From the IMG/VR virus record IMGVR_UViG_3300010352_000682: a stretch of 64,000 bases of DNA, one strand, 5' to 3'. Shown here in pieces: positions 18,622 to 27,913 of this stretch; positions within the stretch are counted from its first letter, which is position 1, and every line of letters begins with the position of its first letter. The notes under the pieces are model-generated. The model made no database searches, was not told the origin of the DNA, and saw nothing but the letters and a program-made list of their open reading frames with translations. Source of the stretch: an uncultured virus (IMG/VR IMGVR_UViG_3300010352_000682). Lineage: Duplodnaviria; Heunggongvirae; Uroviricota; Caudoviricetes. A program made the translations under genes and the position numbers.

Positions 18622-19587
18622 TTATACAAACTCTGTATGTAGATTAAAAAACTCGTTTTCTGATAAATCATTTATATCTCTTGTATCATTTTCACTGTAT
18701 ATTAATTTATATACAATTTTTGTATTTTTTAAAAATGTGCCTATCTTTATTGTACCAAGTTTACCAGCAGTATCAGGATCAAGAGCCAATACAATATTTC
18801 TACACGGCAATTTAGATAATTCATAAAGTTGTTCATATGAACCCGTACCATTCAAGGCAACCGCCGGAATATTATATGTCCATAATGTAAGACAATTAAA
18901 CATACTTTCAGTTACCCACACAGTTTTTTCATTAAACATATTACTATGTTGATAAAGCTCATATACTCCATATAGCGGCTTATGCGCTCCAGATGGATAA
19001 TTAAAATATTTACCTTTTATTGAACGCCTAGCTACAAAAAGACAATTACCACTAATGTCTCGTACTGGAAATGTAATACAATCAGTCTCTTTGTCATATC
19101 CCAAATCAAACCAATCAATTATTCTATCTGTCATTTTACGATGATATAAATATGGATGTGTATATCTATATTGGTCAAGTACAATATCTGGAATATATGA
19201 ACATTGCTTATTGGAAAGAGTTTCTCTTGATAAATCAATATCTATATTCTCTCTTTCCTCTATAGAAACAGTACCAAAGTTTTTCTTTATCCATTCTGTA
19301 CCAAACATACCATAATCATGTTTACCAAAAACATCACTGATTAACTCAGGTAATGTTACTGCATATCCACACCTGAAACAATGTACAACACCTGTTTTTT
19401 TATGTACTCCACAAGATGGTTTTCTTTCCTTACCATCTTTATGTGCTGGACAAGTAATCATAATATTTTTTTCGGTATCATTGAATTGTGGATAATATGA
19501 GCTACCATTAAGATGAAGTTGATATCTCATTTCAAGTAAGATATCTTGTACTGTTGTATTATAAACAATACCATTTAACTCAATCAT
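18622..19587 (-). CDS. DNA primase
   Basis: CHC2 finger CPAH...CFRC; Toprim VTES...LALDPDTAG...DINDL. Confidence 0.9.
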   Translation of the reverse strand: MIELNGIVYNTTVQDILLEMRYQLHLNGSSYYPQFNDTEKNIMITCPAHKDGKERKPSCGVHKKTGVVHCFRCGYAVTLPELISDVFGKHDYGMFGTEWIKKNFGTVSIEERENIDIDLSRETLSNKQCSYIPDIVLDQYRYTHPYLYHRKMTDRIIDWFDLGYDKETDCITFPVRDISGNCLFVARRSIKGKYFNYPSGAHKPLYGVYELYQHSNMFNEKTVWVTESMFNCLTLWTYNIPAVALNGTGSYEQLYELSKLPCRNIVLALDPDTAGKLGTIKIGTFLKNTKIVYKLIYSENDTRDINDLSENEFFNLHTEFV

Positions 19588-19991
19588 GTAACTACCTCAA
19601 TGATTCCAGAGTTATTAATCATTCTCTGACAAATGGGACAAGGGGAAACATCTTCTGGTTTAAGCTGTTCACCATTTTCAAAACCAACAAGATAAAGAAC
19701 AGCACCATCCATTTCTTCTTTTGATGCCATAAGCATTGCATTCTGCTCTGCGTGTACTGAATGACAGTTACCATAGTTACCATCATTGTGTGTTGCACCA
19801 TCTAATGCCCGCTGACACACCCCAATGTCACAACAGTTAATTTCACCTGTAGGTGAGCCATTATACCCGCACGACACAATTCTGTCGTTCTTGACGATTA
19901 CAGCCCCATACTGGCGACGTAGACACGTTGAACGCTTTGATACTGCTTCTGCAATAGATAAATAGTAATCAATTTTTGTAGGCCGCATCAA
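19584..19991 (-). CDS. dCMP deaminase
   Basis: RSTCLRR.YGAVIVK, GYNG, HAEQNA, PCPIC. Confidence 0.92.
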   Translation of the reverse strand: MMRPTKIDYYLSIAEAVSKRSTCLRRQYGAVIVKNDRIVSCGYNGSPTGEINCCDIGVCQRALDGATHNDGNYGNCHSVHAEQNAMLMASKEEMDGAVLYLVGFENGEQLKPEDVSPCPICQRMINNSGIIEVVT

Positions 19992-21286
19992 AATACGACT
20001 CCTTTCTTTCTTGTCGGCTGTAGGTCTTTTGTTATCTCAGCCGTTCTTTCCTCTCTACGTTCTGTTGATGCACAATCATCATCTGATGGAATATAAGTGA
20101 AGTCACCAATGTTCGGTATCCACTTATAGATTATCTTATCCCCAACTTTACTATCTCTGCTCTTTTTGATTGTAAACTCTATTGTTTCCTCGTCAACCTT
20201 TTGCCTGATTGAGATTATCTTTGAAGCATTGTATGCAATACCATCCGCATCACGAATGTTCTCTAGCTGTAAGTCACCACCATTGAGTTTTACTCCATCA
20301 CGGTTAGCTTGTACAACTGCAAGTATTGGTATCTTCAATTCCATTGAGAGTGCATACAAATCTTCTGAGATATGTGTTAATTGTGCCTGTGTGTTATCTG
20401 TGCGTGTTCTGCGCTCGTCTAGCATATATGATATGCCATCTATGCCAATAATATCAAGATTATTTGCCTGTATAAAAGAACGTAGCTTGCTTATTGTCAT
20501 GGCATTGCCGAAATCTTGTGTGGTGGCAACAATGAATCTGTTTTCTTTAGCTTTCAGACCGCTTATATAATCTTCATAGCCAGAAACATCTTTTCCCCAA
20601 TTTAATGCTTGATTATCAAAATGTTCCATCAATGTATCAGCACGATAACCAATTTTATCAGCAGACATTTCTGGTGAAACAAAACCCACATTAAATCCTA
20701 TCTGCCATGCATGTGAAAGTGTCTTTGCTAATATCCATGATTTACCCTGATTTGTTCTTGCAAAAAATACAACCAATTCTTCTCCGCGTGACCAACCATG
20801 CAACAAATCATCAAGTTCTCTAAAACCTGTTGTTATATAATAATCATCAGACTTACCGTTCTTCTTATCATTCCATGAATCTAATCGTTTCTGCGCGTCT
20901 TTTATAATATCAACACATGAAACACCGATTTTCTGATTGAGTATTTCTGCATTTGCCATAAGATAATGTACAGCGTCATTAGCATTTGTTTTAAGTATTT
21001 CTGCCGTTTTCTGTACAACAGGCACGGCATCACGATACATCTTTTCTTCTAAAAGTGCATCTACCAAATATTTATCACTTTCAGCTACATCAATCAAATC
21101 AAATTCAGGAAATTTTTCAATGAATGTTTCTTTATCTGGCACAACTTTATACTGTTTAAAATGCTCGATGATATATCTGTATTCATTTTCATATGGAGTG
21201 AAGTACGATTCATCAAGAGCATTATTAAAAATGATTGATAAATCCTTTGATGCAAGTATTCGATTAAGACATTGAAGTTGAACCAT
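19988..21286 (-). CDS. dnaB: DnaB-like replicative helicase
   Basis: TGFRELD, ARTNQGKSW, SPEM, IDGISY, QANR, KSRD. Confidence 0.9.
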   Translation of the reverse strand: MVQLQCLNRILASKDLSIIFNNALDESYFTPYENEYRYIIEHFKQYKVVPDKETFIEKFPEFDLIDVAESDKYLVDALLEEKMYRDAVPVVQKTAEILKTNANDAVHYLMANAEILNQKIGVSCVDIIKDAQKRLDSWNDKKNGKSDDYYITTGFRELDDLLHGWSRGEELVVFFARTNQGKSWILAKTLSHAWQIGFNVGFVSPEMSADKIGYRADTLMEHFDNQALNWGKDVSGYEDYISGLKAKENRFIVATTQDFGNAMTISKLRSFIQANNLDIIGIDGISYMLDERRTRTDNTQAQLTHISEDLYALSMELKIPILAVVQANRDGVKLNGGDLQLENIRDADGIAYNASKIISIRQKVDEETIEFTIKKSRDSKVGDKIIYKWIPNIGDFTYIPSDDDCASTERREERTAEITKDLQPTRKKGVVF

Positions 21287-21945
21287 TATCTACCGCTCCT
21301 ATAACCATCTGATACAAAATTAACTACAGACGAATTATTCCATATCTTGTTTACAATAGACATTCCCACAATTTCTTGAAGTGCTGATTTATTATAATTA
21401 GTAGTTATGATTGTAGACTTTTCATTTAACATACGCTGACTAATTATCGAACCTAATACATTCAAATCAAACTCAGTTATTTTTCCTATACCAAAATCAT
21501 CTAATATTAAAAGGTCAATAGTATTTATTGTGTCTTTCAATTCCTTAAATGATTCATCATCTTTAAACTCTTTCCATTGAAGTAAGAATGTCGGTACGTG
21601 GATAAAGTAACCGCGTTTTCTAAAACCATTGCCGGCCCATATATCATCAAAGTATGAAAGCATTAACTGTATTGCCCACTCTGTTTTACCATTGCCTGAA
21701 TTCATTGAATAAATAATAAGATTTTCTCCATTATTTACAAAATTTTTCATATCATTGATTATTTCATCAAGCAGTTTATATGCTTCTTTATCCCGATTAA
21801 TTAATTCAAGATTTTTGAATGCACACTTCTTTTCTGGTATCTTACTTGTCTTTAGTAGAAAACTAATTTCTGAGTAACGAATACATTGTGTACCACATTC
21901 ACTTGTATCCTCTAATTTACAATCATCGGAATAAAAACATTTCAT
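21286..21945 (-). CDS. DnaC/IstB-like helicase loader ATPase
   Basis: SGNGKT, LLILDD, R....KSTIITTN. Confidence 0.85.
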   Translation of the reverse strand: MKCFYSDDCKLEDTSECGTQCIRYSEISFLLKTSKIPEKKCAFKNLELINRDKEAYKLLDEIINDMKNFVNNGENLIIYSMNSGNGKTEWAIQLMLSYFDDIWAGNGFRKRGYFIHVPTFLLQWKEFKDDESFKELKDTINTIDLLILDDFGIGKITEFDLNVLGSIISQRMLNEKSTIITTNYNKSALQEIVGMSIVNKIWNNSSVVNFVSDGYRSGR

Positions 21946-22211
21946 ATTTGTTCTCCTGAGCCGATTTCAACTGGAGGCTTTATGTAGAAAAACTCGCAAT
22001 GACTTCCTACATCAATCTTTGTAGCATCTGTCCATTTTCGACCATCATACATTTTATCATTCCATAATCGCTTATAATATGAATGATATTTCTTCTCTCT
22101 AAGAAATTCATCTATGATAGCCAACCCAAACTCTTTTGTTCTGACTGAACCTAACAACTGTACAGGTCCTTTTGTACCCTCGAAATACACATTGTACATG
22201 TACTTCTTCAT
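21942..22211 (-). CDS. Hypothetical protein
   Basis: Packed ORF containing IDVGSHCEFF. Confidence 0.65.
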   Translation of the reverse strand: MKKYMYNVYFEGTKGPVQLLGSVRTKEFGLAIIDEFLREKKYHSYYKRLWNDKMYDGRKWTDATKIDVGSHCEFFYIKPPVEIGSGEQI

Positions 22212-22927
22212 TATGTTTTCCTCCTATTAATTAGTATACCATCATCATTACCCATAACAACTGATTTTTTATAATGTTCTTGCTTGCCAGTATCTTTGTA
22301 AAAGCACATATAACCTCTCACTGTAGCTGTATAGATAATCTGCAAGGCTTCTTCTTTGGTATCTGCTAAATCATTTAGTGCTAGAATAATTGTTCTGAAA
22401 CTCTTTGCTGACATTTTTCCTAGAGTAATTCTAACAGACAGATAATCACGTAATGCTTCTTTTATTTCATCATCACTGAACAATTCATTAATACTATCTA
22501 TACAGAGTTCATATAGATTTTTCTTTTTAGATATCAATTCTGCGTCAGCAGAGATATCTTTAGATATCTCTTTAGTTTCCTCTTTATATTTATTATCTAT
22601 ATTAATAGCTAATCTTTTTGATGAGGGAGCCTCATCATTTTGATTAGGCAGTATGAACAAATTGTTAACACAAGTCAATCTTCTGTGTCTTCCATCAAAC
22701 TCAACTACTTGTATTAGTCCCAAATCTATTAATTTTTTTATAGACCTTGTTATAGTAGGCACACTACAGCCACAGAATTTTGCAAAATATCCATTACTAG
22801 CATAACAACCATCTTCTGTGGATGACAGACTATCTATTTCAGCCAACAAGACCTTATCTATAGCACTTAATCTTTCATTTAGCCAAATATTTGCTGGTAT
22901 CCATACACCTTTAAAGTCTCTATTCAT
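22211..22927 (-). CDS. Replication initiator/replisome organizer (HTH)
   Basis: RDFKGVWIP, AEIDSL, GCYASNGYFA, TITRSIKKL..LGLI. Confidence 0.85.
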   Translation of the reverse strand: MNRDFKGVWIPANIWLNERLSAIDKVLLAEIDSLSSTEDGCYASNGYFAKFCGCSVPTITRSIKKLIDLGLIQVVEFDGRHRRLTCVNNLFILPNQNDEAPSSKRLAINIDNKYKEETKEISKDISADAELISKKKNLYELCIDSINELFSDDEIKEALRDYLSVRITLGKMSAKSFRTIILALNDLADTKEEALQIIYTATVRGYMCFYKDTGKQEHYKKSVVMGNDDGILINRRKT

Positions 22928-22958
22928 GTGTTTCTTCCTCATTTTTAAGATAGTAAAA

Positions 22959-23045
22959 CACTCTAATAAGCTATGACGGTAACTTATTAGAGTGCTGAGT
23001 TAACCAATATTTAATTGCAACCAGCGCCGTCATACTGGTTAACTA
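22959..23045 (-). promoter_or_regulatory. Structured leader with complementary hairpin loops
   Basis: Hairpin loops ATGACGG and CCGTCAT are complementary; the second hairpin is followed by TTTT; promoter TTGACA-16-TATAAT at 23053-23080. Confidence 0.65.
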
Positions 23046-23099
23046 TAATATAATTATATCACAAAATATATATTTGTCAATATTAAAATGATATAATTT

Positions 23100-23176
23100 T
23101 GGTGCGAATGGTGGGACTTGAACCCACGACTTACCGCTTAAAAGGCGGTTACTACTACCAACTGAGTTACACTCGC
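23100..23176 (-). tRNA. tRNA-Lys(TTT)
   Basis: Cloverleaf, ACCGC-CTTTTAA-GCGGT, encoded CCA. Confidence 0.92.
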
Positions 23177-23353
23177 TTATCTACTAATTCCTCTGTAATA
23201 CCAAGTGTTTCAGCTATAAGAAAACCAAATACCATTGGCAACATATTCTTTTTTACAATAGAATCAATACATGCAATTATGCGTATTACAGATTTAGATA
23301 ATGAAATATAAAGATGTTCTTTACTATTCATAATACTTTCCTAATTTTAATTT

Positions 23354-23430
23354 TGGTGATCTGTAGATGGCTCGAACATCTATTACGGCCTTGAGGGGGC
23401 CGCGACCTATTCCTATTAGTCTAACAGACC
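23354..23430 (-). tRNA. tRNA-Glu(CTC), C33
   Basis: CGGCC-CCCTCAA-GGCCG, T loop TTCGAGC, CCA. Confidence 0.85.
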
Positions 23431-23443
23431 ACATATAAATTAC

Positions 23444-23510
23444 TCGTAGCTAACCTCATACTACGACAACCAGACCCACAATCTTGCACATTACTATGCT
23501 CTGGCTTCCA
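23444..23510 (-). ncRNA. Unnamed structured RNA motif, copy A
   Basis: TGGAA-P1-P2-AAGATTGTGGG-P1'-TG-P3(TGAGGTT loop); covaries with the copy at 23606-23679. Confidence 0.7.
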
Positions 23511-23512
23511 AG

Positions 23513-23597
23513 TGGTGGGCAAGAGGGGAATTGAACCCCCAATCCTCTCGGCAGCGGTTTTTAAGACCGCTCTGTATTCCTATTCCAGCACTCGCCC
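23513..23597 (-). tRNA. tRNA-Leu(TAA)
   Basis: GCGGT-CTTAAAA-ACCGC, long variable arm, CCA. Confidence 0.92.
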
Positions 23598-23605
23598 ACA
23601 TTTAT

Positions 23606-23679
23606 GTTACATTAACCTCAAATGTAACCAACCTTGCCCACTATCTTGCGTACATAAAATATGTATGCCAAGGTTTCCA
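23606..23679 (-). ncRNA. Unnamed structured RNA motif, copy B
   Basis: TGGAA-ACCTTG...AAGATAGTGGG-CAAGGT-TG-GTTACATT-TGAGGTT-AATGTAAC. Confidence 0.7.
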
Positions 23680-23700
23680 TTACAATTTTAAAAACGCTGA

Positions 23701-23777
23701 TGGTAGCGGGGGTGGGATTTGAACCCACGGCCTTTTGGGCATGAACCAATTAAGCTACCAGACTGCTCTACCCCGCT
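23701..23777 (-). tRNA. tRNA-Met(CAT) with initiator-like body
   Basis: AGCGGGG acceptor, GAGCAGTCTGGTAGCT D arm as in tRNA-fMet, loop TTCATGC, CCA. Confidence 0.82.
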
Positions 23778-23818
23778 ATATACTGCACCATCCATATGGT
23801 TATGAAAATTAGTATTTC

Positions 23819-23893
23819 TGGCAGAGACAACAGGACTTGAACCTACAACCCTGGAGTCAAAGTCCAGTGTGTTACCAATTACACCATGTCTCT
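23819..23893 (-). tRNA. tRNA-Gln(TTG)
   Basis: CTGGA-CTTTGAC-TCCAG, GCCA end. Confidence 0.92.
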
Positions 23894-23898
23894 ATATC

Positions 23899-23975
23899 AG
23901 AACAGATTAACACAGCCGAGCAGTAGTCCTCTATAATGACTTCGATAAGGACACATTTTGTATTAATCTGTTCTA
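23899..23975 (-). ncRNA. Candidate hairpin ncRNA heading tRNA cluster 1
   Basis: AGAACAGATTAATACA/TGTGTTAATCTGTTCT stem with internal GTCCT/AGGAC helix; begins at the predicted +1. Confidence 0.5.
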
Positions 23976-23982
23976 TGTGTAA

Positions 23983-24028
23983 ATATTACCACATCTGTCT
24001 AAATAATGCAAGTGCAAAATTGAACAAA
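23983..24028 (-). promoter_or_regulatory. Promoter of tRNA cluster 1 with abutting box
   Basis: TTGCAT-17-TAATAT (TG-extended) preceded by TTTGTTCAATTTTGCAC. Confidence 0.6.
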
Positions 24029-24042
24029 ATATTATTTATTTT

Positions 24043-24237
24043 TTAGCTATTATTAATAGTATCATTGATTTGTTGGTATACCTCATTATAACAATCGTCA
24101 AATAGTGCTGCCCTTTCAGCTTTTAAATCACAATCTGGCGCAACTGACCTTTCTTCGGTGTACTCAAATGTATAAAAGTTATCACCAATTTTTGTGGAGA
24201 TTCTTGCGCTTGCTTTAATTGTTGTAGTAGTTCCCAT
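24043..24237 (-). CDS. Hypothetical protein
   Basis: Packed ORF with RBS GAGGG. Confidence 0.6.
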   Translation of the reverse strand: MGTTTTIKASARISTKIGDNFYTFEYTEERSVAPDCDLKAERAALFDDCYNEVYQQINDTINNS

Positions 24238-24239
24238 AA

Positions 24240-24635
24240 TTATGCCCTCTTAACAAAAAGTTTTATTGTTGGTGCTTTGTGTTCAACACACGCCGCGACA
24301 ACATCATTTGATACAAGACTGTTGTAGATTGCGTCTTCCAATGCTTCATTGTCAACATATTCTCTGGTCTTGACAATCTTGTTATACTTCTGCTTTGATA
24401 TTGTACCATCCTCAACGAGCTTTTTCAAGCTGTTGATTAGCTGAGATTCGTTGAGTTTGTTATTATCCACTGAAATAGTGTGCGCTGAATAACCACTAAA
24501 CTCATAGGTATCAATTCCTTGTTCTGAAAATTGATTTTTAATCTCTGAGTTTAGTTCTTTTGATTCTTTGTCGAGCTTGTCTAGCATTGACTTTTTTTCT
24601 GAAAAGCTCACTATTAGTTGTTCTAGTTTGTTCAT
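24240..24635 (-). CDS. Hypothetical protein with coiled-coil N-terminus, possibly Gam-like
   Basis: Strong RBS AAGGAGG; IVKTREYVD..ALE motif. Confidence 0.6.
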   Translation of the reverse strand: MNKLEQLIVSFSEKKSMLDKLDKESKELNSEIKNQFSEQGIDTYEFSGYSAHTISVDNNKLNESQLINSLKKLVEDGTISKQKYNKIVKTREYVDNEALEDAIYNSLVSNDVVAACVEHKAPTIKLFVKRA

Positions 24636-24645
24636 ATTATCCTCC

Positions 24646-26370
24646 TTATGATAACAGATATTTTATTGTGTCGCCATTTACTTTATTATCTATAATAGCA
24701 TCTGATAACTGTCTTTTTTGTTCAAGTAATGTAAAGATTCTTTCATCTATTGTATCTTTTGTTATTAGATTATAAACATTAACAGAGTGTTTTGTTCCTA
24801 TTCTATGACACCTATCTACTGCTTGGTCATACATTGCCGCTGTCCACGGGTGGTCAAAAAAAATGACATTTGTTGCCGCTGTAAGAGTTAATCCAGTACC
24901 CATAGCACCTATTGTTCCTATTAATACTTTTGAACACGGTGAGTGCTGAAATCTCCTTACCCCCACATCCCTAAGTTGGTCAGAAACCTTTCCAGTAATC
25001 TGGTCAGGTTTGTACTTATCTAACCGTTCAGCTATTATGTCTGTCATTGAAGTCCAGTTACTAAATATTAATACTTTTTGGTCATTTTGCACAATATCAT
25101 CTACTAACTCAACAAGTCTATCAAGTTTTGCACTTTCTTTTACTGTGCTACTCAATATTCCTGTATAGCCAGTAGCTTGCCTTAGTCTTATTAATTCAGA
25201 TAATGGACTTGGATTAATTTTGATTTTATCAATATTACAAAGTAAATCATCTTTGATTTCGTCATAGATTTTTTCTTGCTTTGTTGACATTTCAACATAT
25301 TCAGTCATGTAAATTTTTTCTGGCAAATCAAGAACATCAGACTTTAATCTGCGTAACATCATCCTATCAAGTATAATTTGTAATTGTTCAAGATTTTTAT
25401 AGCCAACCACTTCATATCCACCAAAACCACCCATACGACAGTAATGTACTTTAAATTGGAAGAATGAGTGTTCTTCATAGCCGAGCCACTTTAGTATGAT
25501 AAAGAGGTCAAGTGGATTGTTCATAATTGGTGTACCTGTCATAGCAATCATAGAATCAGCAGAAAGATTTAAGAATTGTTTACCTTGTTCACTTTCTGGA
25601 TTTTTCATTTTATGACACTCATCTGCAATTATCATATTAATGCTGTCACTTTTATCATTTAAAGCATTAATAATTGGATACTCAACTTCTTCAACATTTT
25701 TGCCATGAACCTTTTTAATGTTACCTGTCTTTATCTTATAACGTAGTGATTCAATATTTGTTATAATAAAGTATGGTAAATTGTCTAAGTTGAGTAAATC
25801 ATCTAATTTATCTTTGTTTGAACCTATGGTTAAACCATTTTTAGTTTTTCTTTGTCCGAGTATGTGTGCGGTTTCTGTTGTGTGTTGCTTTACTTCATTA
25901 AACCAGTTATACTTTAATCCATTAACACCACAAATGATTAAACAATGCTTATAACCACATTGTTTTTTATTGTATAAAGCAATCTCAAGAGAAGATAATG
26001 ATTTACCTAATCCTTGTTCATCAGCTAATAAGAATTTTTTATGGTCTATGCTATATTCCAGACTTTCAACTTGATGTTGATATGGTTTTGTTTTTAGACA
26101 CGTTGTAATGACTTCTAAGGCATTTTTATCTTTGGGGGTGAAACTATACTCTTTACCATTATAAAATACAGTGTGACCCATTCTGGTGGCTTCTGAAAGT
26201 ATATATGGCACATCGTCTAGTCTACATTCCCAAATCTTTGTTTTATAATCATAATATCGCGCTGGGAGACATTGCATAAGTTTTACAAGGTCTTTATCAT
26301 AATTAAATGATACAAAGGCTGAGTTTTCATATTTCTTTAAAACGATTGATTTTCCTATATTGATGTTTAT
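24646..26370 (-). CDS. SNF2-family helicase, probable ATA start
   Basis: PYQHQ, LADEQGLGKS, DECH, MTGTPIMN, GTGLTLT, QAVDRCHRIG; frame stays open 31 codons upstream of the ATG at 26277 to an ATA 5 nt after AAGGTG. Confidence 0.9.
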   Translation of the reverse strand: MNINIGKSIVLKKYENSAFVSFNYDKDLVKLMQCLPARYYDYKTKIWECRLDDVPYILSEATRMGHTVFYNGKEYSFTPKDKNALEVITTCLKTKPYQHQVESLEYSIDHKKFLLADEQGLGKSLSSLEIALYNKKQCGYKHCLIICGVNGLKYNWFNEVKQHTTETAHILGQRKTKNGLTIGSNKDKLDDLLNLDNLPYFIITNIESLRYKIKTGNIKKVHGKNVEEVEYPIINALNDKSDSINMIIADECHKMKNPESEQGKQFLNLSADSMIAMTGTPIMNNPLDLFIILKWLGYEEHSFFQFKVHYCRMGGFGGYEVVGYKNLEQLQIILDRMMLRRLKSDVLDLPEKIYMTEYVEMSTKQEKIYDEIKDDLLCNIDKIKINPSPLSELIRLRQATGYTGILSSTVKESAKLDRLVELVDDIVQNDQKVLIFSNWTSMTDIIAERLDKYKPDQITGKVSDQLRDVGVRRFQHSPCSKVLIGTIGAMGTGLTLTAATNVIFFDHPWTAAMYDQAVDRCHRIGTKHSVNVYNLITKDTIDERIFTLLEQKRQLSDAIIDNKVNGDTIKYLLS

Positions 26371-26533
26371 ATAATCACCTTATTTCTTCTTCTGTTGGTA
26401 TTTTATCACAAATAGATAAAATTTTCAAGATAAAAAAATACACAAAAATTATTTTATTTTTGTACATTTTATATAAAAATGAGCCAATGCACATTAGGCA
26501 CGGCCCATTCATTTTATTTTATTTGACCCATTT

Positions 26534-26842
26534 TCATTTAATACTTGTTTCTCCAACTGTATCAGCTATTGTACTGGTATTAGTTATTGTGTTTGTATCA
26601 GTTGTTATTGCGTCTACTGCATCTTCAACTTTTTGTACTGTCTTTCCAATAGATGTGGCATCAATTTTACCCTCTGTAATAATATAGGTCATAACTGATA
26701 CAAGAGCTGTTACTGCACCAGTGATAATTTGAATTGTATTTGTGTCAGCTCCTAATGCAATGGCAATACCTGTTGTAATTCCTGCAATCGCGCACCAAAG
26801 TTTTGTAGATTTAAGTTTTTGTAAAATTGTTCTTGTAGTCAT
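26534..26842 (-). CDS. Holin
   Basis: KLKSTKLW, two TM segments, YIITEGKIDA; in the lysis cluster. Confidence 0.75.
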   Translation of the reverse strand: MTTRTILQKLKSTKLWCAIAGITTGIAIALGADTNTIQIITGAVTALVSVMTYIITEGKIDATSIGKTVQKVEDAVDAITTDTNTITNTSTIADTVGETSIK

Positions 26843-27141
26843 TATATTTCGTCTCCATAATTATTTGTTTCTTGCATTGTAAAATTATTTGCTTTTGCTG
26901 TTTCAAAAGTTATGCCGCCAACGCTATGATCTGATTTAGCCATATTAAGATAAACTGCTTGAACAGTATTATATGATATCCAAGCACTTGATACCATTGT
27001 TGCCACCCAACCAAGTGAGCCAATATAATCTTTATAAACACAGTAAAATGCTAATATTAAACCAGCTATTGTTATTATCCATAACAGGGGTCTTAAATCC
27101 TCAATTATTTTTTTTGAAAAGTCTTTATTATTTTTTTTCAT
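26842..27141 (-). CDS. Two-TM lysis-associated membrane protein
   Basis: FSKKI, two TM segments, Y..MAKSDH; between endolysin and holin. Confidence 0.65.
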   Translation of the reverse strand: MKKNNKDFSKKIIEDLRPLLWIITIAGLILAFYCVYKDYIGSLGWVATMVSSAWISYNTVQAVYLNMAKSDHSVGGITFETAKANNFTMQETNNYGDEI

Positions 27142-27895
27142 CTAATAATCCTATACGATTAAGAACAACCGCAAGTTCTTGTCTTTTAAGTGGTGCTTGT
27201 GGATAATCAATAAGTCCATCTTTGTCACCATCAGCAAATATGCCGGCCACAATTGCTTTTTTACTTGCTTCTTTTGCATAGTCACTTGCTCCTAATGATT
27301 GTATTGATTTTATCCAATTATCTGCCATCATATTAAATTCTTCTTGTGTCATAATATCCTCCGCTAAACTAAAATTTGGTCTGCCATATTTTATAGTTGT
27401 GTCATAGTAGCTGTGCTCTTTTTTACACACCATACCACCATTTGGAATAACACCCTTTTTATCATTTGTATTACCCTCAATGGTGTATACAATTCCATTG
27501 TTTATTGCAACAACCGTACCCGTATGTATAATTTTTGTGGTACCAAAAAATGCCTGATCTCCAATTTGTGGCTTACTGTATAGTGCTCCAGCTACTTTAT
27601 AGGCGTTTGCACTTTCTATACATCCTGCTCCATATTGATTATGATACATCATTTTTTTTGCAAGTTCTACTCCAAAAGTTTGTACCATACACCAATCATG
27701 GAAAATATCACACCATGCCTGTCCCTGTTTTGGATAATTATAAAATCCAGGAATTGCATCTAAATCTCTTGCATATTTAGTATAATTTCCAGAACCGGCA
27801 TTAGCTGTTTTACTATCAAGTTGAGAATTAGATGCTTTTTCTAAATAGCCTATTTCTGCTTCTAGTGTTTGTATTAATCTTTCTTGTGGTGTCAT
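27128..27895 (-). CDS. Endolysin, CHAP domain with SLH-like C-terminus
   Basis: AEIGYLEK, NYTKY, AWCDIF, HTG.V, TIEGNT; C-terminal GIF.DGD...PQAPLKRQELAVVLNR. Confidence 0.88.
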   Translation of the reverse strand: MTPQERLIQTLEAEIGYLEKASNSQLDSKTANAGSGNYTKYARDLDAIPGFYNYPKQGQAWCDIFHDWCMVQTFGVELAKKMMYHNQYGAGCIESANAYKVAGALYSKPQIGDQAFFGTTKIIHTGTVVAINNGIVYTIEGNTNDKKGVIPNGGMVCKKEHSYYDTTIKYGRPNFSLAEDIMTQEEFNMMADNWIKSIQSLGASDYAKEASKKAIVAGIFADGDKDGLIDYPQAPLKRQELAVVLNRIGLLDEKK

Positions 27896-27913
27896 TTTAT
27901 TACTCCTAATATA

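Noticed and set aside
23354..23430. Opal suppressor (TCA) reading of the loop CCCTCAA
   Set aside because: The 5-bp stem places CTC at positions 34-36
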